Shown: in pieces, positions 25,758 through 37,546 of the stretch
How the letters are laid out: every line of letters begins with the position of its first letter
Position numbering within the stretch: the first letter of the stretch is position 1
NCBI GenBank assembly: GCA_963778655.1
Contig: CAVZVA010000005.1
Location: 544,001 to 608,000, forward strand
DNA from: an uncultured delta proteobacterium
GTDB lineage: Bacteria > Myxococcota_A > Polyangia > Polyangiales > JAFGIB01
DNA length: 64,000 bases
Reading direction: 5' to 3'
Translations under genes and position numbers: made by a program
Notes under the pieces: generated by a model
Seen by the model: the letters and a program-made list of their open reading frames with translations, nothing else
Databases searched by the model: none
Told to the model about the DNA's origin: nothing

Positions 25758-26096
25758 GTGGTAGTTGGAGTCTGCCGGATCACGCTGGGCCTTCCGGGCA
25801 ACGATTCGCTCAAGGGCAAGCGCAGCGTCGTGCGCCGCATCGTGGACCGCACGCGGCATCGCTTCAACGCCGCGGTGGCGGAGGTCGCGCAGATGGATCA
25901 ACACCGCCGGGCGGTGATCGGCTTCGCGGTGGTGTCCAACGAGGCCCGCCACGCCAATTCGATGCTGGACACGATCGCCGATTTTGTCACCGGCCTGACC
26001 GAAGCGCTGATCCTGGACCGCAGCGTGGAGCTGGTACACGTGGGCGAGCCGCACGCCGGCGTGGAAGAGTGGGACGAGGAGTCGTCTGAAACGTGA
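25758..26096 (+). CDS. DUF503 (YlxP) family protein
   Basis: SLKGKRSVVRRI...FNAAVAEV; AGGAGG RBS; between infB and rbfA. Confidence 0.9.
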   Translation: MVVGVCRITLGLPGNDSLKGKRSVVRRIVDRTRHRFNAAVAEVAQMDQHRRAVIGFAVVSNEARHANSMLDTIADFVTGLTEALILDRSVELVHVGEPHAGVEEWDEESSET

Positions 26097-26470
26097 GCGG
26101 AGCTTCCACCAGGCGCGCCGAGCGGGTCGCGGAGCGTATCAAGGCTGAGTTGATGGATCTGCTCGTGCGAGGAGCGGTGCGGGATCCTGGCGCGGCGGAC
26201 TGCTGCGTCACCGCGGTGAAGGTGAGCGACGACCTGGGACACGCCCGTATCTACGTGCGAGTGCTGCGGGCCGAGGTGGACGAGCGCGCGCGGCAGGCCG
26301 CGCTCGCGGCCCTGTCGCGGGCGGCGGGCTTTCTGCGCCGTGAGCTTGCGCCCCGCCTCAAGCTCAAGTACCAGCCGGAGCTGCGCTTCTACTGGGACGA
26401 GGACCAGGACCGCGCGGCGCGCATCGAGGCGCTGCTTTCGGAGATCGCACGTGAAGGGGGAACGCGGTGA
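26093..26470 (+). CDS. rbfA: 30S ribosome-binding factor RbfA
   Basis: RAERVAERI, RDP, VSDDL..ARIY, AGFLRREL..LKYQPELRF..D. Confidence 0.95.
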   Translation: MSGASTRRAERVAERIKAELMDLLVRGAVRDPGAADCCVTAVKVSDDLGHARIYVRVLRAEVDERARQAALAALSRAAGFLRRELAPRLKLKYQPELRFYWDEDQDRAARIEALLSEIAREGGTR

Positions 26471-27474
26471 ACCAGGGATTCGAACAGGCGCTGCAGCTGA
26501 TTCGAGGCGGTAAGCGCTTCCTGCTGAGCTGTCACGTGCTGCCCGATCCCGATGCGGTGGGGTCGATGCTCGGCCTGGCCGAGATCCTCAAGGCTCTGGG
26601 CAAGGACGTCGTGCTCTACAACCGCGACCCGGTGCCGGAGACGGTGAGCTTTCTGGCGGGCGTCGCCGAAATCCGCCAGAGCGTTCCTGCCGGAGCGCGC
26701 TTCGACGCCATGCTGATCACGGACACCGCCGCGCGCTCGCTGCTGCCGCGGACGCTGCCGCCGCTGGCGATCACCGGGCCGCGCATCATCGTGGACCATC
26801 ACGTGGTGCACGACGACTTCGGCGACGTGGTGGTTCGCAATGTCGAGGCCTGCGCCACTGCGATCGTGGTGATCGAGCTGGCGACCGCGCTCGGGGTGCG
26901 CCCGCTGCCGCGGGCGGCGGCCGAGCCGCTGTATACGGCGCTGGTGGCGGATACCGGCAACTTCCGCTACGCGGGCACCACGCCGGCAACGCTGCGGCTT
27001 GCGGCCGAGCTGGTCGAGCTCGGCGTGGACCCGTGGCATGTCGCCTCGCACGTGTTCGAGAGCTGGCCGATGGAGCGGTTGCGCTTGCTCGGCTTCGCGA
27101 TCAACGCGATTGAGACCGAGTTCACCGGTCGGGTCGCGATCCTGTGCGTCCCGTGCAGTATGCTGGACCGCGCCGGCGCGAGCGAGCGGATGGTCGAGGG
27201 CATGGTCGAGTACGGCAGGATGATCAAGGGCGTCGAGGTCTCGATCATGTTGTGGGAGCGGCGACCGCGCTCCGACGAGACCGACTTCGGGCAGCTGCTG
27301 TCGCGGCTGAGCCTGCGCAGCTCCGGCAAGGTCGACGTCTCGCAGATCGCGGCCGCGCTGGGCGGCGGCGGCCACCGCGCCGCAGCCGGAGCGACCTTGA
27401 GCTGCGACCTGCGTACCGCGCGCGAGCTGGTCCTGGCCGAGGCGGGACGGGCCCTGGGCCTGATCGATTCGTGA
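26467..27474 (+). CDS. nrnA: DHH-family oligoribonuclease/pAp phosphatase NrnA
   Basis: HVLPDPDAVGS, VDHH, DTGNFRY, SLRS, GGGGH..AAG. Confidence 0.9.
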   Translation: MNQGFEQALQLIRGGKRFLLSCHVLPDPDAVGSMLGLAEILKALGKDVVLYNRDPVPETVSFLAGVAEIRQSVPAGARFDAMLITDTAARSLLPRTLPPLAITGPRIIVDHHVVHDDFGDVVVRNVEACATAIVVIELATALGVRPLPRAAAEPLYTALVADTGNFRYAGTTPATLRLAAELVELGVDPWHVASHVFESWPMERLRLLGFAINAIETEFTGRVAILCVPCSMLDRAGASERMVEGMVEYGRMIKGVEVSIMLWERRPRSDETDFGQLLSRLSLRSSGKVDVSQIAAALGGGGHRAAAGATLSCDLRTARELVLAEAGRALGLIDS

Positions 27475-28415
27475 GCGATGGGATCCTGCTCGTCGACAAG
27501 CCGGCCGGACGCTCGTCGCACGACATCGTAGCGCTCGCGCGCAAGGCGCTACAGACGCGCCGGGTCGGACACGCCGGCACGCTCGATCCGCTGGCGACCG
27601 GCCTGCTGGTGCTGGGCGTGGGCGAGGGGCTGAAGATCCTCCGCTACCTGGCGCTCGACGACAAGCGCTACCAGGCGCGGATCCGTCTGGGCACGGAAAC
27701 CGACACCCTCGACTCCGCGGGCGTTGCGTTGCGCACGGCACCGCTGCCGAGCGGCCTCGGCCTGCAGCAGGTGCGCGAGACAGCGCGTGCGTTCGAGGGC
27801 AGCACGGTGCAGCAGGTGCCGGCGATCAGCGCGATCAAGCGCGCGGGCCGGCCGCTCTACGCGCGCGTGCGTCGGGGCGAGGCGGTGGATCCGCCGCAGC
27901 GCGAGGTCGTGGTTCACTCGCTCGAGATCGATGCCGTGGACGCGGCGCGCGGGGAAATTGCGCTGCGCGTGCACTGCGGCAAGGGCTTCTACGTGCGGGC
28001 TCTGGCCCGCGACCTGGCACGCGCGCTGGGCTGCGCGGGCCACCTTTCGGCGTTGCGGCGCACGGCCTCCGGCAGCTTCGAGCTCGCGGCCGCGGCGGAC
28101 TGCGCGCTGTTGCTCGAGGCGGCCGGCGGAGACCCCGCGGCGCGACAAGCGCTGGTCGGGGCGTTGCTGCCGCTCGAGCACGCGCTGCCGCACGTGCCGC
28201 GCTTGCGGCTGGACGCAGCCGGCGCCGACCATGCGCGGCACGGCCGGCCGATCCCGCTGGCGCACGTGCTGGGCGAGGCGCCGCCGCTGGACGTGCCAGA
28301 GCTCGAGCCGCTGTTGCTGAGTGACGAGCGCGGGCAGTTGCTCGCCGTCGCGCGCTGGGCCCAGTCTGCGCTGCGCGTGGTGCGCGGCCTTGCCCTGCAC
28401 GACGCGCCGCCCTGA
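27471..28415 (+). CDS. truB: tRNA pseudouridine(55) synthase
   Basis: GILLVDKPAG.SSHD, VGHAGTLDPLATG, SAIK..GRPLY, CGKGFYVRALARD. Confidence 0.96.
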   Translation: MSDGILLVDKPAGRSSHDIVALARKALQTRRVGHAGTLDPLATGLLVLGVGEGLKILRYLALDDKRYQARIRLGTETDTLDSAGVALRTAPLPSGLGLQQVRETARAFEGSTVQQVPAISAIKRAGRPLYARVRRGEAVDPPQREVVVHSLEIDAVDAARGEIALRVHCGKGFYVRALARDLARALGCAGHLSALRRTASGSFELAAAADCALLLEAAGGDPAARQALVGALLPLEHALPHVPRLRLDAAGADHARHGRPIPLAHVLGEAPPLDVPELEPLLLSDERGQLLAVARWAQSALRVVRGLALHDAPP

Positions 28416-28456
28416 GCGCAAGTTGCGTCCGCTCGCGCTGGCGTTCGCGGCACCGG

Positions 28457-31400
28457 CTACTGAACGCTCTGCGCGACCAGCTCGGAGCTGCGCGGCAGCA
28501 GCAGCAGGTGGTCGACGGCAAAGCGCGTGCGCGGGCCGTCGCCCGAAAGCCGCGCTTGAATCCGTCCCGCGCGCAGACTGCCGGGGGGCAGCGTCCAGCG
28601 GTACTCCGCCCACGAGCCGTCCACCCGGACCGGGTCGAGATGCCGGCCCGCAATGGTGAGCTTGAGCGTTGCGGCCGCCGCCGCGTCGGTGCGGCGAATG
28701 CTCAGCGCGACCCGCACGCCGTAGGGTGCGGCGGTCACGGCTCGCGGTACCTGCAGCCACAGCGAGGCCGCCGCGCTGCGCGTGACGCAGGTGGTACGGT
28801 GCTGGTAGTCCCAGTCGTGCCGGATCGGTCCGACGTGGCAGCCGGTGAAGTCGCGCAGGCCGGGATCGCCGGCCACCAGGTCGGTGCCACCGATCGCGCC
28901 GGCGCGCAGCGCGCCCAGGCGCACCAGCGATTCGGTCGCGAGCTTGAGCGAGTCCTCCTCGGATGCAAGCTGGGTCAGCAGCGGGATCGCGCGCTTGTCG
29001 CCGAGCAACCCCAGCCCCTGCACGGTGGCGTCGCGCACGTTGGGATGGCGATCCCAGGCCAGTAGATCGATCAACGGCTCGTAGGCGCGGTCGTCGCCGA
29101 TCATGCCCAGGGCGATCGGCACCAAGTAGCGCGTGCGCCCCTCGGGCAGCACCTGGATCAGGGGATCGAGCGCGCGCGGATCGCGCAGGCGCCCGAGCCA
29201 GCGCACCGCTTCCTGACGCTCGTACTCGTCCTGCCCGATCCACAGCCCTTCGATCAGCCCCGGCACGGCACGCGGGTCGCGCAGGCGCCCGAGCGAGACC
29301 GCCGCGCGCACGCGGATCTGCGGGTCCTCCGATTCGACCAGGCGGCGCAGCGCGCTGCGCGCCCGCGGGTCGAACATGCGGCCGAGCGCGATCGCGGCCT
29401 CGGCTGCGATCCGCTTGTCCGGGTCGCCCATCGCGCGCACCAAGCTGGGGGCGGCGCGTTCGTCGGCGAGCTTGCCGAGCAGCCGCGCGGCCTCGGCGCG
29501 GTCCGCGGCCGCCGCCGCGTCATCGGCCAGCAACCGGCCCAGCGGCTGCACCGCGCGCCGATCCCCCAGCCGTCCCCACTCCAGCGCGACCGCACGCGGG
29601 TGGCCGTCGCCGATCGCGTTGGGCCCGAGCGAATCGAGCCAGCCGTAGACCTCGGCACGCAGAGCCGCCCGCAGGTCCGGCCGCTCGTCGGCCAGGTTGT
29701 CGCGCTCGCGAGGGTCGTGTTGCAGGTCGTAGAGCTCGTACAGCCCGAAACGCAGGTCGGCGATCAGCTTGTACGGCCAGCGCACCACCATCTTCTTGTG
29801 GATCACGGCGGAGAAGGTGGGCCCCACAGCCTCGTCCTGGCCAAGCGCCAGCTCGCGCACGTCGTCGCCGCGCATGCTGGGCGCAGCGTCGAGGCCGACC
29901 AGGGCGAGCAGGGTGGGCGCCAGGTCCAGCGTGGTGATCGGCGTGGCCACGCGGCGCGGCGCGAACCCGGGCGCGTTCAGGATCAGCGGCACCCGCACCT
30001 GCTCCTCGTACAGCGAGGAGCCGTGATAGACGCCGCCGTGATCGTAGAACTCCTCGCCGTGGTCTGCCGTGATGGCCACGATCACGGTGCGCTTGAGCTT
30101 GTGTCGCACCTCGCGGATCAGGCGCGCGATCTGGCCGTCCACATGCAAGATCTCGCTGTCGTAGCGATCCATGTCGGAGGTGCCGAAGTGGGTCGCCTGG
30201 TAGGGCTCGTGCACGTCGAAGTAGTGCACCCAGAAGAAGGAGTTGGGCTCGCCGCGCGCGACGGTGCGGTCGACTTCCTTCAGCACACGGTCGGTGAGCT
30301 GCTCCGCGCTGTAGGTCACCTGGTCGTGCAGCGCAAAGCCGAACGCGCTCTTGGCGTAGGCGCTCAGGCGTTCGCCGGCGGTGTGGAAGATGCCCTCGGT
30401 GTAGAAGCCCGCGGTCTGGTAGCCGGCTCGCCCCAGCACCGTGGCGAGCGTCTGCCTCGGGGGCGGCTCGTTGATGTCCAGCGTCTCGTGCAGATACTCC
30501 GACGTCATCATCGAGCACAGCGAGTAGCTGGAGTGCGGGGCGGGTGCATAGACGTGATCGAACACCACCGACTGCTTGGCGAAGGCGTCCAGCTCGGGCG
30601 AGGTCGGGCGCTTGTAGCCGTAGGCGCCCAGGTGGTCGGGCCGCAGCGCGTCGATCGTGATCAGCAGCAAGTGGGCGTCGTCCAGCACCGGACCCGTGTG
30701 CTCGTGGTGCCGCTGCGCGCGGCGCGCGCGGGCGAGCTGGGCCTTCAGTCGCGCCTGCGCCATCGCGCGGCGCTGGGCCGGTTCGATCAGCAAGGGCGCA
30801 AGCGCCTGCAGCAGCGTGCGCGAGTGCGGCACGTTGGGGTTGAGCAGCGCCACCCGCACGTTCTGGTTGTGATCGAGACGCCCCAGGGTGTCGGAGAGCG
30901 CCAGGCCCGACAGCGCCAGCGCGGGCAGCAGGCCGAGCGCGAGCGCGCGACGCTGGTGCGCACCCAGGGCATGGGCCAGCAGCAAGAAGCCGGCGCTCAT
31001 GTACAGGGCGAAGGCGGCCACGGCCAGCGCGCCGTGCAAGTAGTCGTAGAGGTTCGGCAGGACCCACTGGTTGACCTTGTCCAGCGAAAGCCCGGCCGCG
31101 GCGGCCAGCAGCCCGAGCCGGCGCCGCGCCCGCGGGTCGGGCCGCGCCCGGCTGTGCAGGCGGTGCGCCAGGTAGGTTGCGGCGAGCGCTCCGGCCAGCA
31201 GCGTGCAGCACACGAGCACCTCGATCAGGTGCTTGGCGGGCAGCCGGGACATCTTCCCACCGGTGAAGAGCGAGACGCCCACGAACAGCAAGCCGGGCGA
31301 GAACACGCCGGTCAGGCGCAGCGCGCGCAGCGCGTCGGCGACGCGGGCGCGCTGCGCGAGCGATTCGACGCGCGCCGCCGCCCGCTCGAGCGCGCCCTCG

Positions 31401-31621
31401 CTAGCGCCGAGCACGGCGCCGAGCGCGCAGCCGACCGCGACCCCCAGCGGTGCTTGAATCCCGAGCAGGCGCTCCAGCAGCGCGGCCCGGTCGCGCAAGC
31501 CGTCGAGCCACAGCCAGTGCGCCCCGAAATCGGAGAGCGCGCTGGCGGTCGCGGCGAGGCCGCCCAACAGACCCCCGAGGGCGGCCGCATGAACCAGGCG
31601 GCGCAAAAAGGTAGACGACAC
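28457..31621 (-). CDS. Multi-TM sulfatase-like hydrolase/transferase with HEAT repeats
   Basis: N-terminal TM helices; LLITIDALRPDH, HYFDVHEPY, TADHGEEF, HG..LYEEQVRVPL, ELYDL..DP.E; repeated A..LGRL.D.RAV..L HEAT units. Confidence 0.88.
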   Translation of the reverse strand: MSSTFLRRLVHAAALGGLLGGLAATASALSDFGAHWLWLDGLRDRAALLERLLGIQAPLGVAVGCALGAVLGASEGALERAAARVESLAQRARVADALRALRLTGVFSPGLLFVGVSLFTGGKMSRLPAKHLIEVLVCCTLLAGALAATYLAHRLHSRARPDPRARRRLGLLAAAAGLSLDKVNQWVLPNLYDYLHGALAVAAFALYMSAGFLLLAHALGAHQRRALALGLLPALALSGLALSDTLGRLDHNQNVRVALLNPNVPHSRTLLQALAPLLIEPAQRRAMAQARLKAQLARARRAQRHHEHTGPVLDDAHLLLITIDALRPDHLGAYGYKRPTSPELDAFAKQSVVFDHVYAPAPHSSYSLCSMMTSEYLHETLDINEPPPRQTLATVLGRAGYQTAGFYTEGIFHTAGERLSAYAKSAFGFALHDQVTYSAEQLTDRVLKEVDRTVARGEPNSFFWVHYFDVHEPYQATHFGTSDMDRYDSEILHVDGQIARLIREVRHKLKRTVIVAITADHGEEFYDHGGVYHGSSLYEEQVRVPLILNAPGFAPRRVATPITTLDLAPTLLALVGLDAAPSMRGDDVRELALGQDEAVGPTFSAVIHKKMVVRWPYKLIADLRFGLYELYDLQHDPRERDNLADERPDLRAALRAEVYGWLDSLGPNAIGDGHPRAVALEWGRLGDRRAVQPLGRLLADDAAAAADRAEAARLLGKLADERAAPSLVRAMGDPDKRIAAEAAIALGRMFDPRARSALRRLVESEDPQIRVRAAVSLGRLRDPRAVPGLIEGLWIGQDEYERQEAVRWLGRLRDPRALDPLIQVLPEGRTRYLVPIALGMIGDDRAYEPLIDLLAWDRHPNVRDATVQGLGLLGDKRAIPLLTQLASEEDSLKLATESLVRLGALRAGAIGGTDLVAGDPGLRDFTGCHVGPIRHDWDYQHRTTCVTRSAAASLWLQVPRAVTAAPYGVRVALSIRRTDAAAAATLKLTIAGRHLDPVRVDGSWAEYRWTLPPGSLRAGRIQARLSGDGPRTRFAVDHLLLLPRSSELVAQSVQ

Positions 31622-31790
31622 CGAAGCAAACCCCGCTGCTGCGTGCGTGGCAGCATAGCGCCCGCCGGCGCGTCACAAAACCGTAACGCAGCCCTCACCC
31701 GCGGGTTCGGCACGGGTTCCAGTCCCCGTAGAATCTTCTTGGGGCAGGGGTGCCGGCGACGTCACGCCTGCTGGACCCCCCCGCGTCCGG

Positions 31791-31862
31791 AGGCGCCGAC
31801 CGGATTCGAACCGGTGTATGGAGGTTTTGCAAACCTCTGCCTGACCGCTTGGCTACGGCGCC
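31791..31862 (-). tRNA. tRNA-Cys (GCA); full CCA not encoded
   Basis: GGCGCCGTAGCCAAGCGGTCAGGCAGAGGTTTGCAAAACCTCCATACACCGGTTCGAATCCGGTCGGCGCCT: cloverleaf, GCA anticodon, U discriminator. Confidence 0.97.
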
Positions 31863-32088
31863 TTGCGCACCCGCTCGGCGGGGGCGCAGCCATCGCCGTC
31901 GGGAGACCGCGAGAGCTGCGGGCCACGTGTAGCGCTTCGCTTGGGCCTTGTCCAGCTCCACAAACCCGGCTGGGTCGCTGTTGAAAGTGGGGTATATCAG
32001 GGCAATCGAGGATCCCGTGCTCTCCGCGAGGCGCGTCGCGCCAAACCGCGCGCGACGCCGGGCGAGGGACCCCGCAGCGAGGACGAAC

Positions 32089-34758
<2,670 letters not shown>

Positions 34759-34791
34759 CGCCGTCCCGCAAGCGTCGCTGCCGAAGCTGCA

Positions 34792-34847
34792 ACAGGAAGG
34801 CGCGAAGGCTGGAAGAAAGAGAGCTCTGAGCTTCCCGTCTTCCTGTG
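34792..34847 (+). repeat. REP-like (N4-GAAG)n hairpin repeat, copy 1
   Basis: ACAGGAAG-GCGCGAAG-GCTGGAAG...GCTTCCCGTCTTCCTGTG; related copy at 53193-53248. Confidence 0.6.
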
Positions 34848-34879
34848 AATTCGGTTCGGATGGGAAGCTCGCGGGGGAG

Positions 34880-35485
34880 CTACTGCAGCATCGAGGTCAC
34901 GATCGGCAGGTGCGCATCGGTGACCGCGCCCGAGCGCACGCAGCGCACGTGCGCGGTGTCGTCGACGAACACGTGGATCGGCAAACCGGCGCCGCTGTCG
35001 AGCCCGAGCTCCGCGATGTAGGGCGCCAGCGCAGCCGCGTTCGCGATCTTCAGCGTCTCAGGCACGTTCGGGTGCTGCGCGCGAAACGCGGCGATGGTCT
35101 GCGCATCCTCGTCCACCGACACGAAGCGCAGGTCGATCGCCTTGCCCTTGGCGGCGAGCTGCTTCTGCCAGCCCGCGATCATGGGCAGCTCCTGCACGCA
35201 CGGCTTGCACCAGGTGGCCCACAGGTTGAGCCACAACAGGTGGTGAGCGGCGGGCGGCGGGGCAGCGGCGCCGTCGAGCGGCGGCATGTGGAACGCGCGA
35301 CCCTGGCCCACCGCCGCATGGCTGTCGCAGAAACCCGCGAGCGGATCAGTGGCCGCCGCCTTGGGGGCCACGGCTTCCACGCGGCTCGCGGGCGGGGGCG
35401 GCGCTGCGCTCGAGTCGCCGCCATCGCAGGCCGCAAGCCCACACGCAAGCCCGATCACCAGCGCCCCAGCCCAAAGTGAGCGCAG
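34880..35485 (-). CDS. TlpA-family thiol-disulfide oxidoreductase lipoprotein
   Basis: Lipobox GLAAC; LNLWATWCKPCVQELP, VSVD, GLP.HVFVD; start uncertain. Confidence 0.85.
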   Translation of the reverse strand: MRSLWAGALVIGLACGLAACDGGDSSAAPPPPASRVEAVAPKAAATDPLAGFCDSHAAVGQGRAFHMPPLDGAAAPPPAAHHLLWLNLWATWCKPCVQELPMIAGWQKQLAAKGKAIDLRFVSVDEDAQTIAAFRAQHPNVPETLKIANAAALAPYIAELGLDSGAGLPIHVFVDDTAHVRCVRSGAVTDAHLPIVTSMLQ

Positions 35486-35529
35486 CGTACCCCGCCGGGG
35501 CGGGGAGGGCGCGTGCCCCTCCCGTTGAG

Positions 35530-36237
35530 CTAGAGCGTGCAATCGATCCACGTGATGAAGGCGCTCCGGTTGAGCTCTTGGGCTTGGCACTCGCCCGGGT
35601 TGCCGCTGCGTTTCCACTGACAGAAGCTGGGGTCGAGCTGAGCGTACTCCTCGCCCAGCCACAGCAGGCCCACCTGCTGTTGTAGATCGGGATCCTGGAA
35701 GGTGTCCTGCAGGTGTTTGAGCACGGATTCAGCGCGCGCGCGCGACAGCTCGCGGTTGAAGCCCTCGGCGCCCTCGGGCGAGGCCCGGGCCACCACGAAG
35801 AAGTAGCTCGCACCCCTGCGGTCGGCGAAGATCGAGTCGATCAGCGCGGTCGCATTGGCGTCGAGGTCGTGCGACTCCTTGTCGAACTGCACGATCGCTC
35901 CGCGGTCCTTCATCGGCAGGAACAGCGAGTTGAAGTCCCCGCCGCTCATGGTCGCGACGTTCTTGGCGTCGACCGGCTGGCAGCCGCGCCCGCCGCCGCT
36001 GCTGAGCAGGCCGCAGCTCTGCAGCACGCGGCGCAGCACCTGCTTGAGCTCCGGCGTGCAATAGGCTTCGTTGGCTTCGGCCGCGACCGCGACCTTGGCC
36101 GGGCCCGCCTGGGCGGCCGCCTCGGCTGCGGCCAGCCGCGCCTTGGCCGCTTGTGTCCATGCTCGCACCAGCACCGCGGGCAGCAGCATCAGAACCAGGG
36201 CGAGCAGCAGCGAGAGGGTTCGCGTCATGGTGAGCAC
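35530..36237 (-). CDS. Secreted Cys-rich protein with degenerate OmpA-like domain
   Basis: Signal/TM, six Cys, VQFDKES..L, ARASPEG..FNRELSRARAESV. Confidence 0.7.
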   Translation of the reverse strand: MLTMTRTLSLLLALVLMLLPAVLVRAWTQAAKARLAAAEAAAQAGPAKVAVAAEANEAYCTPELKQVLRRVLQSCGLLSSGGGRGCQPVDAKNVATMSGGDFNSLFLPMKDRGAIVQFDKESHDLDANATALIDSIFADRRGASYFFVVARASPEGAEGFNRELSRARAESVLKHLQDTFQDPDLQQQVGLLWLGEEYAQLDPSFCQWKRSGNPGECQAQELNRSAFITWIDCTL

Positions 36238-36240
36238 ACC

Positions 36241-37461
36241 TCAGGGCGCGGTCGCGCCCGCCGGGCCGGAACGGGCCTGCGCCATCAGACGCGGCAGCGC
36301 GAAGTCGAGGCCGAGATCGGTATCCTCGTCGCACAGCCGCAGCCCCTGGACGAATACCTGGGGCGTCAGCACCTGCAGCTTGTTCTTGACCGCGTAGCGC
36401 AGCGCGACGTTCAGCCGTGCGCGCGCCGATGCGCTGCCCACGCAGCGCGCGAGGTCGGGAAACTGCTCGGAGACCATGCGCGCGGCGGCCTTGGGGTCAG
36501 CGCGTGTGGCTTCGACGATCGCTTCCTGGTTCTTGAACGACCAGGCCAGCACCTCGTCGGCGCGCTGGCCCGCGCACAGCACCGCCTCGCTGATGCTGCA
36601 CGCGCCCGGGTGCACGGCCTCGCCCACCATCCAGTTGCAGGCGTTGTCCAGCGGAAACAGCAGCGCGCGGCGGCTCAGCTCAAGCCGCGCGTCCATCTGC
36701 GAGAAGCGGGCCTCGAAGCCGCGGCACGAGGGGCACAGCGGGTCGAGCACCTCGATCATGGAGAGAGGTCTGTCTTGCGGGCCGATCGGCACCAGGGCTT
36801 GTCCAGCGTCGGGCTGGGCGAGCTTGCCGCAGTGGCCGACGTAGCGCGCGAAGTCGGGTGCCGACATCGCGTAGGTGCTCACCGGAATCGCGACAAACAG
36901 CACGCCCACGCCGAATGCGAGCACCAGCGCGGCCCCGTCGACCCGCGGATTGCCCGCGGTGGTGCGCAGGCGCCGGGCTCCGAGCCAGAGCAGCAACCCG
37001 GCCACGAACGCGGTGGTGCTCGAGAGGTAAATGCCGATGCAGAGCTTGCACGCGGCGTGCAGATCGATGAGCGAGATGTAGGCCATCACCAGCGACGCGC
37101 CGGCGGGCAGCAGGGTCGCGGCGAACGTGAAGGCGGTCGCGTTGGTATCGCGCTCGTGGCCGCGCAGCATCAGCCAGCTGGCCCAGAACGCGAGAAAGCA
37201 GAACACGCACATCGCCGGCAGCGAGATCGGGATGCCGCCCCAGATCGCGCTGCGCAGCACGGACGAGTAGGGGCTCATCAGCGTGACATGGCAACCGCTG
37301 TTGCCGCTTTCGGCGGCGGTCAGCCCGGGCAGGAACGAGCAGTGGATGCCGTGCACCTGACGGTCGAGGTGCGCGGTGAAGTCGTAGGTGGAGACGGCGG
37401 CAAACGCGAAGCCGGCAAGGGCTGCGACGAGGAGCAGCGCCGTCATCGGGCGGGGGCGCAT
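36241..37461 (-). CDS. VKOR family protein fused to DsbA-like thioredoxin domain
   Basis: Loop Cys pair (HCS...GCH) then SPYS..GIP, TM ACKLC motif; C-terminal DPLCPSC and TP. Confidence 0.85.
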   Translation of the reverse strand: MRPRPMTALLLVAALAGFAFAAVSTYDFTAHLDRQVHGIHCSFLPGLTAAESGNSGCHVTLMSPYSSVLRSAIWGGIPISLPAMCVFCFLAFWASWLMLRGHERDTNATAFTFAATLLPAGASLVMAYISLIDLHAACKLCIGIYLSSTTAFVAGLLLWLGARRLRTTAGNPRVDGAALVLAFGVGVLFVAIPVSTYAMSAPDFARYVGHCGKLAQPDAGQALVPIGPQDRPLSMIEVLDPLCPSCRGFEARFSQMDARLELSRRALLFPLDNACNWMVGEAVHPGACSISEAVLCAGQRADEVLAWSFKNQEAIVEATRADPKAAARMVSEQFPDLARCVGSASARARLNVALRYAVKNKLQVLTPQVFVQGLRLCDEDTDLGLDFALPRLMAQARSGPAGATAP

Positions 37462-37546
37462 GGCGAGACCCTGAGCTGAAGACCTGGCCGCGAAGGTAAG
37501 CCCCCGTTCTCCGCCTGGCAAGGCCCCCTGCTCTCCGCTCGCCGAA

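Noticed and set aside
31622..31862. tRNA-Cys as an integration site for a genomic island
   Set aside because: No integrase, no duplicated tRNA 3' end noticed and no compositional shift
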